A DNA stretch of 64,000 nt from a virus, in IMG/VR virus record IMGVR_UViG_3300021476_000002, positions 16,578-80,577 of that record. One strand, written 5' to 3'. The first letter of the stretch is position 1, and each line of letters opens with the position of its first letter. A program made the translations under genes and the position numbers. Positions 1 to 8,913 of the stretch are shown here, piece by piece. The notes below the pieces were generated by a model. It was given only the letters and a program-made list of their open reading frames with translations. It was not told the DNA's origin and did not search any database.

Positions 1-1
1 T

Positions 2-1615
2 GATCCACCGTTCGGGGATAACTCTGAAGACCCACGGCAGATGTGGTCTATACCCCTCCCAGACACCCCAAACCCATTAGGGGGTGATGTTAACCTCTTG
101 GACGTGATGTATGACGTTATCACGGAAGACAGGTCGTTGCTTGGCCTTGATAAATCCATCATAGACTTTAATACATGGATTATTGCGAGGCGGTATACAC
201 AAAACATAGGACTGTTTGGGTCACCGTATTTCGATAAGGTGAATGGGGCCTTGTCGTATATGCAAAGACTTTTGGAAATCTATGATGGATATTTGGTTCC
301 AAGTCAGGGGGTAATTCGGTTTGGGGCGCGTCAGCCTCTTTTCGTTGGGACAGAGATTTCATTCCCAGATTTCCAATGGGGCCAGTTGCCACAAGTGAGT
401 AAGCAGGCTCTTCGGGACACTAAAAACAGGGTGGTTATTCAGTATACCAACCGATTCAACGATTACAACCAAGCCGGTGTCAAACTGGATAATGACATTG
501 ATATTCGGTCTACAACTGAAAGGATAGATCAGGTTGATATGACTGACATTTGTTCTGAATCGGTGGCGGCCCTTGTGTGCAGCCGAAGGTTTTTGTATAT
601 GTCAACGCCGAAACTGATGGTGCGTCACGGCCTTGAACCTAAATGGGGACTGACGGACGCCGGAGATCATTATGTTTTGGACGCTGCCGGTGTGGACATT
701 CTCGATACGGCTTTTCAGATCGAAAGCATCGAGGAGGACGAGAATTATGGTCTTGCTATCATTGCTATTGAGGACCCGTTGGCAATTCCTCCGTTCATTC
801 CTGTGTTTGGAACGCAGGCACCCGTTAACCCCGGCGAATCCCCGCCGTTGAGTAATTTCCTTGGAGAAGCCCTTGGGTTTGTTGTAGAGACGCCAAGAGA
901 CATTGCGGGAACAGGGAATCTGGTTCTTCAAACGTTCTCGGCTCTCCTTGGGTCGAATTGGGTTGGCACGATTGTGTTTGTCAGCCGAGACGGGACTAAC
1001 TACGCCAAGGTTGGTGTGATTTCTAATCCGACTCAAGCGGGGTTCCTAACTGAAGACTTTGAGGTTTTGCCTGATGCCACCGAACAGTCGGAGGGGATTG
1101 ACTGTTCTGAGTCTGGCGCTGCCCTGGTATCTATCAACGCTGATGGGTTTTTTGCGCTACAGAGTCTCTTGATTGCTGGTCTTGTGGCGGCAACACCGAC
1201 TACCCCGGCTGTTCAGCCAAACACGGCTGAATGGATTGCATGGAAGAATGCTACGTTGGTTTCTGGGGAAAGGTTTATATTAGACACATTCATTCGTGGA
1301 TTGTTCCATACGGAACCGAACGATTGGCCAAAGGGGACGCAATCCGTGATTCCTTCGAGCGCGGGCGGTGCGTCTGTTTTGATTCCATTCTCACAGTCTG
1401 ATATTGGCAGGCCGATTTACATAAAATTCCAGGCTATGTGGGTTGCGGGGGGCGTGTCTGTTACGTCAGACCCGACATTCCTAGTGATTACTCCGCAGGG
1501 ATTGGCGGTTGACCCTGAGCCGGTTTCGGGATTGACAGTTGTGAACCCGGAGGGTGTACGGTTTGGCGTAGGAGATTTTTCAGGGGAGACAGCGGACAAT
1601 GCCATTAGTTTCTAA
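2..1615 (+). CDS. Phage tail (tip/host-specificity, Phage-tail_3-like) protein, 5'-truncated
   Basis: Frame is open from base 2. NRVVIQYTNRFNDYNQ...ICSESVAALV...L..GD pattern resembles tail-tip proteins, and it heads a structural gene run. Confidence 0.7.
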   Translation, partial: DPPFGDNSEDPRQMWSIPLPDTPNPLGGDVNLLDVMYDVITEDRSLLGLDKSIIDFNTWIIARRYTQNIGLFGSPYFDKVNGALSYMQRLLEIYDGYLVPSQGVIRFGARQPLFVGTEISFPDFQWGQLPQVSKQALRDTKNRVVIQYTNRFNDYNQAGVKLDNDIDIRSTTERIDQVDMTDICSESVAALVCSRRFLYMSTPKLMVRHGLEPKWGLTDAGDHYVLDAAGVDILDTAFQIESIEEDENYGLAIIAIEDPLAIPPFIPVFGTQAPVNPGESPPLSNFLGEALGFVVETPRDIAGTGNLVLQTFSALLGSNWVGTIVFVSRDGTNYAKVGVISNPTQAGFLTEDFEVLPDATEQSEGIDCSESGAALVSINADGFFALQSLLIAGLVAATPTTPAVQPNTAEWIAWKNATLVSGERFILDTFIRGLFHTEPNDWPKGTQSVIPSSAGGASVLIPFSQSDIGRPIYIKFQAMWVAGGVSVTSDPTFLVITPQGLAVDPEPVSGLTVVNPEGVRFGVGDFSGETADNAISF

Positions 1616-2033
1616 TTCTCACGCACATCCCTACGAACAGGCCGGTGGGGGGTACGTCGCTAACGCCCTTGCAACCCCCTATGAGGCGCAGTTGTCTTTA
1701 GGTGCCCATAACGTGACGCTCTTGTGGACGTATGCGCGGTTTGGAAATATAGATACGTTTACATTGGTTCAAAACGATGAAGATACAACTCATGCGGCGG
1801 ATTTTGCGGGCTACAGGGTAGATGTTTATACGGGGACCAGTTTTGGTAGCCTAACACTAAGGAGAAGTGTATTCCCGATTCTGGTTGAGTCATTTACGTA
1901 TTACGAGACAGACAACATTTCTGATTCAGGTGGCGCTGGTTTTCAGAGGTTTATGAGATTCGATGTGTTTATAAAAGACACGCACGGTAATACATCGGTC
2001 GTGAAGACAGCGTTTGTGAATGTAGTGCGATAG
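1599..2033 (+). CDS. Tail-associated virion protein
   Basis: Overlaps the stop of the tail gene; beta-rich composition; structural context. Confidence 0.5.
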   Translation: MPLVSNSHAHPYEQAGGGYVANALATPYEAQLSLGAHNVTLLWTYARFGNIDTFTLVQNDEDTTHAADFAGYRVDVYTGTSFGSLTLRRSVFPILVESFTYYETDNISDSGGAGFQRFMRFDVFIKDTHGNTSVVKTAFVNVVR

Positions 2034-2045
2034 GAGGAGAGAAAG

Positions 2046-2954
2046 ATGGGGGAAGAATTTACCAAGCATATGAACCTCGCTGAGCCGGATGAGAATGCCA
2101 TCAACCGGTTCGAGGATTACAATACCGATATGGACAAGATTGAACAGGGGTATCAAATTCTTGCTATTGCGGGTGAGCCGATTGCTCAGTTCGCGGCTGT
2201 AAGATTCAATAACTCGGATGGGAAAATCTACAATGCTCTAGACACTAATGAGGTATTGGGAATTGCTAAGATCGCCGCGACGACTGGCGCAACGATTTAT
2301 GTGGGTACATGGGGCGTTCTTACGAATCCCGCATGGACGTGGACGACCGGAGATGTGTATGTGTCCCATTCGGTTGGTGGTGCCTTAACGCAAACACCAA
2401 CAGCCGTCCGAATCGGAAAGGCTTTGTCTGCTACGGAGGTATTGGTTCTAACGCTTGGCAGGTCTAGTAGCGGGGCCTATACGGTTTTGGATGCTATTGG
2501 AAAAGTGTTATCGGTTAGCAATACCTTAGAGCAAACCGTTTTGATGTACAGCGTTCCGGGGAATACGATATTTGCTCATGGTCGGCTAAGATTTCGAGGG
2601 GAAGTGCAGTTGAATGGTGCTGTTATGTTTACGTTGAGAGTGTATTTTGGTGGGTTTTTGTGGGTGTCAGATGTAATATCCCCAGGAGGGAATGAGGCTT
2701 ACCATGTTGATATGGAAATTTTTAACGAAGGTTTAACAAACCTGAATGGCATATGGTATCGCAGGGACTCGGGGACACCAACGTCGTCTACGCCACCATA
2801 TATCCCCGCTACCGTGAGCGAAATTGAAGCATTATTGCAAGATCAGGCCATTGATACCACCATGACACAAACGTTTCAAGTGACAATTCAAATGAGCGTA
2901 GCGGCGGCGTGGGCATGGCTGAATGGAATTCTGGAGGTTGAGGCACACTCGTAA
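2046..2954 (+). CDS. Tail fibre/virion structural protein (DUF2190-like segment)
   Basis: GGAGGAG RBS; AGEPIAQFAAV...VLGIA...GDVYVS...RIGKALS segment typical of virion decoration/fibre proteins. Confidence 0.55.
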   Translation: MGEEFTKHMNLAEPDENAINRFEDYNTDMDKIEQGYQILAIAGEPIAQFAAVRFNNSDGKIYNALDTNEVLGIAKIAATTGATIYVGTWGVLTNPAWTWTTGDVYVSHSVGGALTQTPTAVRIGKALSATEVLVLTLGRSSSGAYTVLDAIGKVLSVSNTLEQTVLMYSVPGNTIFAHGRLRFRGEVQLNGAVMFTLRVYFGGFLWVSDVISPGGNEAYHVDMEIFNEGLTNLNGIWYRRDSGTPTSSTPPYIPATVSEIEALLQDQAIDTTMTQTFQVTIQMSVAAAWAWLNGILEVEAHS

Positions 2955-2985
2955 AATAAGGTAAAAGTAATACGGAGAGTATACG

Positions 2986-3732
2986 ATGGGCGATTGGCCA
3001 ATTACCGGTGACGGGATAACGAGCAGCAACCCTGGTCTCCAGTTAGAGGCATGGTACTCTGGGGCCGGGGCACCATCCGTTTCTACCCTTGTGGCGGGTA
3101 CGTACAATGTTGGCGATAGGTATTGGGACACCGCCAATAAAGTTGATTATGAATGTGACACTTCTGGAAGTGCATCTACAAGCACCTGGACAAAGATAGG
3201 GCCGAGCGGCTCCTCGCCGATTACGAAACTATACTACGCGGACGACATTTATATCCTGTCGAACACGGAGACGACTATTTTTTCATTCTCTCTGCCTGCG
3301 AATACCCTGACAGACGTGGCATCGAAGGCCATGCACGTCATCATGCGCGGGGCCATGCAGAACGGAGACGGGGGCCAGATAACGCTTCGCGCCTACATCG
3401 GAACGGCTAAAATCTTCGACACGGGGGCGGTCAGTCCGCCGCAGGCCGTCGCAAATCCCAACCTCGATATGGATTGGTGGTCTGGGGTATCCACGGCGGC
3501 GGCCACGAAATATTGGTTCAATACCTGGGAGATGAGGTGGGGTGGAGGGGCCATCGCCCTAAACGTAACACAGACCCCTACTAGTTCCACGACGCTCTAT
3601 AAGGGCGTTGGTATTTGGGATCAGGCTCACCTTGACTGGACTGTCCCACAGACCGTCAAGGTGACCGTGCAAGGGTCTGGTGTGAATGAAGGTTGGACCG
3701 GTTTTGTTATCGTGTATCTCGAAGGTCAGTAG
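2986..3732 (+). CDS. Virion structural/fibre protein
   Basis: GAPSVSTL...GDRYWDTANKVDYEC...WTKI motif common in fibre proteins; its C-terminal half resembles that of 2046..2954. Confidence 0.5.
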   Translation: MGDWPITGDGITSSNPGLQLEAWYSGAGAPSVSTLVAGTYNVGDRYWDTANKVDYECDTSGSASTSTWTKIGPSGSSPITKLYYADDIYILSNTETTIFSFSLPANTLTDVASKAMHVIMRGAMQNGDGGQITLRAYIGTAKIFDTGAVSPPQAVANPNLDMDWWSGVSTAAATKYWFNTWEMRWGGGAIALNVTQTPTSSTTLYKGVGIWDQAHLDWTVPQTVKVTVQGSGVNEGWTGFVIVYLEGQ

Positions 3733-3744
3733 GAGGGATTATAA

Positions 3745-4077
3745 ATGCCTGAGTCTCCAACAATCATAGCGGAAGGCACGCAGGCCGCGACGGTCGGAAC
3801 AGAGCACACACTCGATGAAGAAACCACGGCGCATACGTATGTGCTGGTGGTGGATGCTAGTAATTTGGCATCTGGAGACGTACTGGAATTGAGGCTGTAC
3901 TCGAAAGTGCGTGCAGCAAGCACCCAGAACGTTGCATATTACGCTACATTCTCGGGAGCGCAGTCGCAACCGAATAAATATAGCGTACCAATCCCTATCA
4001 CAGAAGATGTTAAAGCAACTCTGAAACAGACAGCGGGGGTAGGAAGATCATTTGATTGGCAACTCCTTGCGTTGTAA
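3745..4077 (+). CDS. Small virion structural protein
   Basis: GGAGG RBS; beta-strand-rich; structural cluster. Confidence 0.5.
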   Translation: MPESPTIIAEGTQAATVGTEHTLDEETTAHTYVLVVDASNLASGDVLELRLYSKVRAASTQNVAYYATFSGAQSQPNKYSVPIPITEDVKATLKQTAGVGRSFDWQLLAL

Positions 4078-4122
4078 AAAATCGGGTAAAAATATCAAGG
4101 AGAGTTAAGAGGAGGGTATTAA

Positions 4123-4863
4123 ATGTCCATAACATCCGCTGAACTGATCGCTTACGGCGCGGCTAATAAGCCCCAGGATGATGTGTCTGCGGATGGCGGG
4201 GCCATTGACGCTACCTATAGGCCAGTTTTCACGCAGTTAGGGGCTAACGACACCCTAGATTACGTATCAAGCAACAACGCTGACATGATGAATATTACCG
4301 CTGAGGGTCGGGACCCGACCGGCGCTTTGGTATTCGAGACGGTTGCCCTGAATGGAACCACGACCGTTCACGGCGTACAGGTCTTCGAGAGAGTTTTGAA
4401 GGTAAGCCTCGCGTCGGCGGCAGCGGGTACAGTCACCGTGACGGCGCACACAGCAGCCATTACGGTTGGGACGATTCCGCCCGGTGAGATTGGCTTCTAT
4501 GCTTTGTTTATCGGCTCATTTTCTTCGTCTGTGGAAGAGATTCGGTACGAGAAGATTTTCTGGAAGAATACCGATGGGTCACTGACCCTTACGTCGTCTC
4601 AGGTTACCTTAACGGCGGACCCCGAGAGCGTAATCAATATTGGATTGGCGGCAGCGGTGAATGACTCCGTTTCGGTCGCAAACCGCTTCACGGCTCCTGC
4701 GGGCGTAACGTTCGTGGGGGTTGGTGTGGCGCAGAACGTTCCGGGCGGCGGAAACCTTGCGGCAGGGTCCGCAATCGGCACATGGATTAAGCAGGACTTG
4801 CCGATTGCACACGCAGCATTCAAGGATACCTTTACCACTCAGTTGAGCGGGTTGACCACGTAA
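4123..4863 (+). CDS. Virion structural protein
   Basis: Strong RBS; Ala/Thr/Gly/Val-rich; structural cluster. Confidence 0.55.
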   Translation: MSITSAELIAYGAANKPQDDVSADGGAIDATYRPVFTQLGANDTLDYVSSNNADMMNITAEGRDPTGALVFETVALNGTTTVHGVQVFERVLKVSLASAAAGTVTVTAHTAAITVGTIPPGEIGFYALFIGSFSSSVEEIRYEKIFWKNTDGSLTLTSSQVTLTADPESVINIGLAAAVNDSVSVANRFTAPAGVTFVGVGVAQNVPGGGNLAAGSAIGTWIKQDLPIAHAAFKDTFTTQLSGLTT

Positions 4864-4871
4864 GGAGAAGC

Positions 4872-5297
4872 GTGGTCTCAGAAACAGAGCATCGAACAAA
4901 CGTTCGGGCAGTACAACGGTGGTGCAGAGGCCCCGTTGTGCTGCCTGTTCCTTTATATGAAGCGTGGTGGGAGAGGGTTCGAGAACACCGGCGCACAGGA
5001 ACACCAATAGATCGAACAGAGGTTCGAGAAGCCATTGATGATGTCATAAAGTCGGAGATGGAATTGTCCGGTCGAAGCCGGGAGCATGTCGCTGCTAGAT
5101 TGAACATCACGGCTGCCGATTATTTCAACCTGTTAATTCGTGTAATTGACGTGCATTCTGGGGATGTTGGGCGGCCATGTGGCTACGATGTAAACGACAT
5201 GATTCTAAAATATCCTCCAGACGGTAAGCATTACGAAGAGAAATGCCCTCGCTGTGGAAATCGAATTGACTTCATTACAGCCGTCTACCCAGACTGA
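4872..5297 (+). CDS. Hypothetical protein with C-terminal CxxC
   Basis: AAGGAG RBS before GTG; CPRCG motif. Confidence 0.55.
   Translation: MVSETEHRTNVRAVQRWCRGPVVLPVPLYEAWWERVREHRRTGTPIDRTEVREAIDDVIKSEMELSGRSREHVAARLNITAADYFNLLIRVIDVHSGDVGRPCGYDVNDMILKYPPDGKHYEEKCPRCGNRIDFITAVYPD
4893..4906. promoter_or_regulatory. SOS-box-like palindrome CGAAC-AAAC-GTTCG
   Basis: Perfect match to the Gram-positive/actinobacterial LexA box pattern, read directly from the sequence. Confidence 0.5.
5012..5027. promoter_or_regulatory. SOS-box-like palindrome TCGAAC-AGAG-GTTCGA
   Basis: Perfect TCGAAC-N4-GTTCGA, about 120 bp from another perfect box. Confidence 0.55.
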
Positions 5298-5562
5298 ACA
5301 CAATGGCTTGGTTCAATTACGGGGTATATGTTTACGAAGCCCTGGACTTCAGGCTGTGGTGGGGGCACGGATTACCATTCGGGACGGACTACGAGAGATT
5401 AAGAGTTGTACCACCGACCGAACAGGAGAATTTAGAGTCTACCTTCCGCCCGGTAATTACACCATTGTGGCCACCGCGAACGGACTGGCAACATCCGAAT
5501 TGCCTGCGATGGTCTATGCCCCTTTACGAGTGGACTTCTTGATGAGGAGAAGGGCATGGTAG
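5254..5562 (+). CDS. Carboxypeptidase-regulatory-like (Ig/transthyretin-like) domain protein; start uncertain (TTG 5308 possible)
   Basis: VVGARITI...TTDRTGEFRVYLPPGNYTIVATANG matches the CarboxypepD_reg pattern. Confidence 0.6.
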   Translation: MEIELTSLQPSTQTEHNGLVQLRGICLRSPGLQAVVGARITIRDGLREIKSCTTDRTGEFRVYLPPGNYTIVATANGLATSELPAMVYAPLRVDFLMRRRAW

Positions 5563-5789
5563 TATATATTCGCACTATCGTAACATTGAAGGCAATTGTT
5601 GTTTTGACGGCTGTGTTCGAGTCTCTGTGGGCCGTTTTGCACAATTGGGATGCCTCAAGGCTTGCGGTTGTTTGTGGTCAGTTACTCGGAGGCATTGGTG
5701 CCCACGTGTGGCATGATGTTAACATGAGGAATGGAAATGGGAGCGATAGTCCAAACGGTAATGGTGGCGGGGGCGGGGAGACATCGTGA
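5556..5789 (+). CDS. Holin candidate
   Basis: Small protein with two hydrophobic segments, immediately upstream of and overlapping the amidase. Confidence 0.55.
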   Translation: MVVYIRTIVTLKAIVVLTAVFESLWAVLHNWDASRLAVVCGQLLGGIGAHVWHDVNMRNGNGSDSPNGNGGGGGETS

Positions 5790-6358
5790 GCGCAAATCCA
5801 CCTGCGTCGTCTGGTCTTGGAACTGTTTGGATTCCGGCAGCCGAAGGAAATTTCGAGCGCGGCAGAGTAGGGTATAACATTCTGGCAATAGTAAACCATA
5901 TCATGGCCGGGTCTCTTGTAGGAACTGATGCGTGGTTTCAGAATCCAACAAGTAAGGTTTCGGCCCACTTTGGAATTGGTAAAGCGGGTCAAATTCACCA
6001 GTATGTACAACTGACCGACACGGCATATCATGCGGGAGTTGTAAACGGTGCTACGGCGAAAATAATTGGTGAAAACCCCGGAGTTAATCCAAACTATTTT
6101 TGCATAGGCATCGAGCACGAAGGTCAAAGCGGCGATGTATTGACAGAGGAACAATACCAAAGTAGCATATTTGTACACAGGATGCTGATTGTGAAATTCG
6201 GGATTCCGGCGGATTGGGACCACATCATAGCCCATAGTACGATCAATAGCCTTCATTCTGGTTGTCCGGGCATCGGGTTCCCGTGGGCGCGGCTCATTAA
6301 CGACCTAGACGACTTTATAAACGATCAAGCCAAGGTGGGAGGAGCAATTCTGCCATGA
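5786..6358 (+). CDS. Endolysin, N-acetylmuramoyl-L-alanine amidase (Amidase_2)
   Basis: IVNHIMAG...VSAHFGIG...IHQYV...AYHAG...IGIEHEG...IIAHS...CPG: Zn-binding His/His/Cys pattern. Confidence 0.92.
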   Translation: MSANPPASSGLGTVWIPAAEGNFERGRVGYNILAIVNHIMAGSLVGTDAWFQNPTSKVSAHFGIGKAGQIHQYVQLTDTAYHAGVVNGATAKIIGENPGVNPNYFCIGIEHEGQSGDVLTEEQYQSSIFVHRMLIVKFGIPADWDHIIAHSTINSLHSGCPGIGFPWARLINDLDDFINDQAKVGGAILP

Positions 6359-7134
6359 CACCTAAGATACGAGGGTTTTTCAGCGCCGTCGCTCCAAACA
6401 TCCAACAAGTCCTCGTTGGGTCATTGGTTGTGATGTTGGCATTTATCGGTTGGCAGAACGTTCAGATTCGGAATCTTACACTTGAATTGCGTAATGCCTT
6501 GGTGGCGAATCAGATTCTCGAAAAGGCTCAGCACGGAGGCGGTACGGTCACAACTGTGGTCCCAGGCACAGGGGAGAGGATACCAGTAGTGGTGTCGCCC
6601 CAGGGTCCGAACGGGCAGGTTGTGGTTACGGCCCCCTCCGCGCCGAGATGCAAGACCGACGAAGAGTGCAAACGTGTCTACGGGGCCGCGCCGCAGCACA
6701 TTCACACGGTAGCCGACATTCCGCCAGGAACAATCGTGGCGGTTTGCTTAGACGCGGCAGGACACAAAGGGGCGTGTCCTGAAGGTAAAGAGGCCAACCT
6801 TCCTCTAAGCAAATCTCTCCACTTCACGATTGACCATGTATTGACGGAGCGTGGAGTCTTCACAACGGTTCAGGCCCCAGGAAGCGCGGCAGAGGTTACG
6901 CAGATCGTAACGACCACGGAGGCCGCGCCGCCGGTCCCAGGGCAGATTCCGTCCTACCACATAGGGGTTGGCGCTACTGTGATGGGCGTTGGGTTCAATT
7001 TTATGGCCGTGGCAGGCCCGGAGTACCAGGGTCTTGCCATGGGAGGTATCTACAGGGTCACGGCGGGCTACGGCTGTGATGTTCATGGTTGTGGGTACGG
7101 CGGGGCTATAAACTGGACCCTGCCGTTATTCTAA
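6355..7134 (+). CDS. Spanin-like lysis accessory protein
   Basis: Follows the endolysin; N-terminal TM helix, then a coiled-coil stretch, then C-terminal amphipathic beta strands ending in Phe. Confidence 0.5.
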   Translation: MTPKIRGFFSAVAPNIQQVLVGSLVVMLAFIGWQNVQIRNLTLELRNALVANQILEKAQHGGGTVTTVVPGTGERIPVVVSPQGPNGQVVVTAPSAPRCKTDEECKRVYGAAPQHIHTVADIPPGTIVAVCLDAAGHKGACPEGKEANLPLSKSLHFTIDHVLTERGVFTTVQAPGSAAEVTQIVTTTEAAPPVPGQIPSYHIGVGATVMGVGFNFMAVAGPEYQGLAMGGIYRVTAGYGCDVHGCGYGGAINWTLPLF

Positions 7135-7136
7135 AA

Positions 7137-7319
7137 ATGCGAGACGGCTACTTTGAGGTAGAGCAGACGGACGAGGAGCGTGCAGAGGACTTGATAGCAA
7201 CGGTTGAGTTCGAGGCACTCAAGGCTGACATTGCTGAGGCTCTCGCGGGTGGACAATTAGCGTTTCTTGGTAAGATGTGGTCTCATATCCTGTCCGAAGG
7301 CAGGCGACGAGAAGTATAA
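7137..7319 (+). CDS. Hypothetical protein
   Basis: ATG directly after the previous stop; protein-like composition. Confidence 0.45.
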   Translation: MRDGYFEVEQTDEERAEDLIATVEFEALKADIAEALAGGQLAFLGKMWSHILSEGRRREV

Positions 7320-7323
7320 TCAA

Positions 7324-7343
7324 GGCGTCCCGAAAGGGATGCC
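7324..7343 (+). terminator. 8-bp GAAA-tetraloop hairpin (terminator or processing site)
   Basis: GGCGTCCC-GAAA-GGGATGCC, intergenic, after the lysis cassette. Confidence 0.45.
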
Positions 7344-7351
7344 GAGGAGGG

Positions 7352-7516
7352 ATGATCGAAGCGTTGATGCGGTGCGACGGATGTGGACGTAGATTCCGCG
7401 AACTGAGAAGTCGGTCGGACGGAGATTTCTGCCCTAATTGTTGGGAGCGAGGAGACTTGGTGATTGAGGATGAAGAGCAGCAGATTGAAGAGGAGCCTTC
7501 GGAAGCACGTAAGTAA
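7352..7516 (+). CDS. Small zinc-ribbon protein
   Basis: GAGGAGG RBS; CxxC...CxxC; acidic tail. Confidence 0.55.
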   Translation: MIEALMRCDGCGRRFRELRSRSDGDFCPNCWERGDLVIEDEEQQIEEEPSEARK

Positions 7517-8198
7517 ACAAAAGTTTCAATGCGTTGTTTGCGAGTCACAGTTTGAGCGGTGGATAAAGGACGATCAGATTCCAGACCCATGTGTCTGCGA
7601 TTCTCTGTGTAGGTTACGCTATAACCGTAAGAAAGCCCATGAACGATACGAGGAACTGAGCGCACGGCGGTTCTATAAGTTTCCCAAGCCTGGAAAGAAC
7701 CCCGAGACAAGGTTATGGCGTTGTAGGGTCTGTAAGGCGGATATCCCCGCCAAGAGCAGGCGCACGTCGTTTTGCTCTGAAGGGTGTTCAAAGAGGTACT
7801 GGTTCTGTACATCTTCTGCGGCGCAGCGTGCAGCGGTCTTTGAGCGCGACCATGGGGTGTGTACTTATTGTGGCACCGACACAGTAGCGATCAAGGAACG
7901 TTTGGAGTCTATGCCGGGGTACAGAAAATACAATTGGGATATTGGTAGCACAGAGGCAGAACACGCCGAGTATGAGGCCGAGTTAGAGAAATTGGGATTG
8001 AAGGGTAGGATAATCGGCGCGGCGGGCGGTCATTTGTGGGAAGCACATCACAAAACTGCGGTTGCGGAAGGAGGTGGAGGAGAAATCACGGTGGATGATC
8101 TTGCTACTGCGTGCTGGAAATGCCACCCGAAACACACCAGCGAGACAATCCGCAGGCTCAGAAAAACCAAACGCCTATCCCAAACATACGTTCGATAG
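7464..8198 (+). CDS. HNH endonuclease with zinc-finger N-terminus
   Basis: RDHGVCTYCG...WEAHHKTAVAEGGG...LATACWKCHPKHT HNH motif. Confidence 0.85.
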   Translation: MRMKSSRLKRSLRKHVSKQKFQCVVCESQFERWIKDDQIPDPCVCDSLCRLRYNRKKAHERYEELSARRFYKFPKPGKNPETRLWRCRVCKADIPAKSRRTSFCSEGCSKRYWFCTSSAAQRAAVFERDHGVCTYCGTDTVAIKERLESMPGYRKYNWDIGSTEAEHAEYEAELEKLGLKGRIIGAAGGHLWEAHHKTAVAEGGGGEITVDDLATACWKCHPKHTSETIRRLRKTKRLSQTYVR

Positions 8199-8240
8199 TA
8201 GCCTCTTGACACCGCAGACAGTTAGTGCTACATTTGTGGT
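8181..8240 (+). promoter_or_regulatory. Sigma70-type promoter with SOS-like box and operator
   Basis: CAAAC-ATAC-GTTCG 8181-94; TTGACA 8206-11, 17 bp, TACATT; GCTACA-TT-TGTGGT 8227-40. Confidence 0.7.
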
Positions 8241-8255
8241 GGAGGTGGAAAGCAA

Positions 8256-8513
8256 ATGACGAAGGTGGAACTGGCAAAGACACTCCGAGAGGCAATCCGA
8301 CAGAACGACTATCACAACCGCAGAACCGAGGAAGAGAAAGCGCAGGACATCGCCCGGCTTGGTCACCCTGACGGGCGCAAGAGATACCATCTTGATAAGG
8401 GAGTACGAATCTTCATGAGCGAAGACGACGCCAGGACTCTCCTGGCGGAACTGGAAGCACACCCAGGAACCCTGCGCGGCTACACATCCGATACACCAGA
8501 CGGGAGGGAATAG
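8256..8513 (+). CDS. Hypothetical early protein
   Basis: GGAGGT RBS directly after the promoter. Confidence 0.65.
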   Translation: MTKVELAKTLREAIRQNDYHNRRTEEEKAQDIARLGHPDGRKRYHLDKGVRIFMSEDDARTLLAELEAHPGTLRGYTSDTPDGRE

Positions 8514-8514
8514 C

Positions 8515-8718
8515 ATGGGCGTGGCAGACGTGAGAATCGAGAATCACGGAAGCCTCTTCCTGGTCCGGCCCCAGAACTCAACGGCTCGTGAATGGATTGA
8601 CGACAATGTGAGCGTAGATGGCCCCTGGCAATGGTTTGGCGGGGCGCTGGCGGTTGAGGGCCGGTACGTCGTTGATCTCGTCAACGGAATGCGGCAGGAT
8701 GGTCTGGTGGTGCGGTAA
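8515..8718 (+). CDS. Conserved small phage hypothetical protein
   Basis: GGGAGG RBS; tightly packed operon. Confidence 0.65.
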   Translation: MGVADVRIENHGSLFLVRPQNSTAREWIDDNVSVDGPWQWFGGALAVEGRYVVDLVNGMRQDGLVVR

Positions 8719-8913
8719 ATGAAAGTCTACGTCGCGGTCTGCTCACGATGCGAGTACGCGGAATCATTCGATCACTTCTCCCAGGCCGAGAGGGCAGCAG
8801 ATGAGCACAACGCTGCGGCCCCGCACGAGACGACGATCTGGGAGGGTTACGACGGTCCACACGGTATCGAAATCAGGAAGGAGATTCTTACTCCCGAGAG
8901 GAGGGACGGATAA
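8719..8913 (+). CDS. Hypothetical protein (CxxC/His)
   Basis: Abuts its neighbours; CSRC...H motif. Confidence 0.6.
   Translation: MKVYVAVCSRCEYAESFDHFSQAERAADEHNAAAPHETTIWEGYDGPHGIEIRKEILTPERRDG

Noticed and set aside
5303-5542. Alternative ATG-initiated ORF MAWFNY...
   Set aside because: The overlapping frame 5254-5562 matches a recognisable domain pattern; this one does not.
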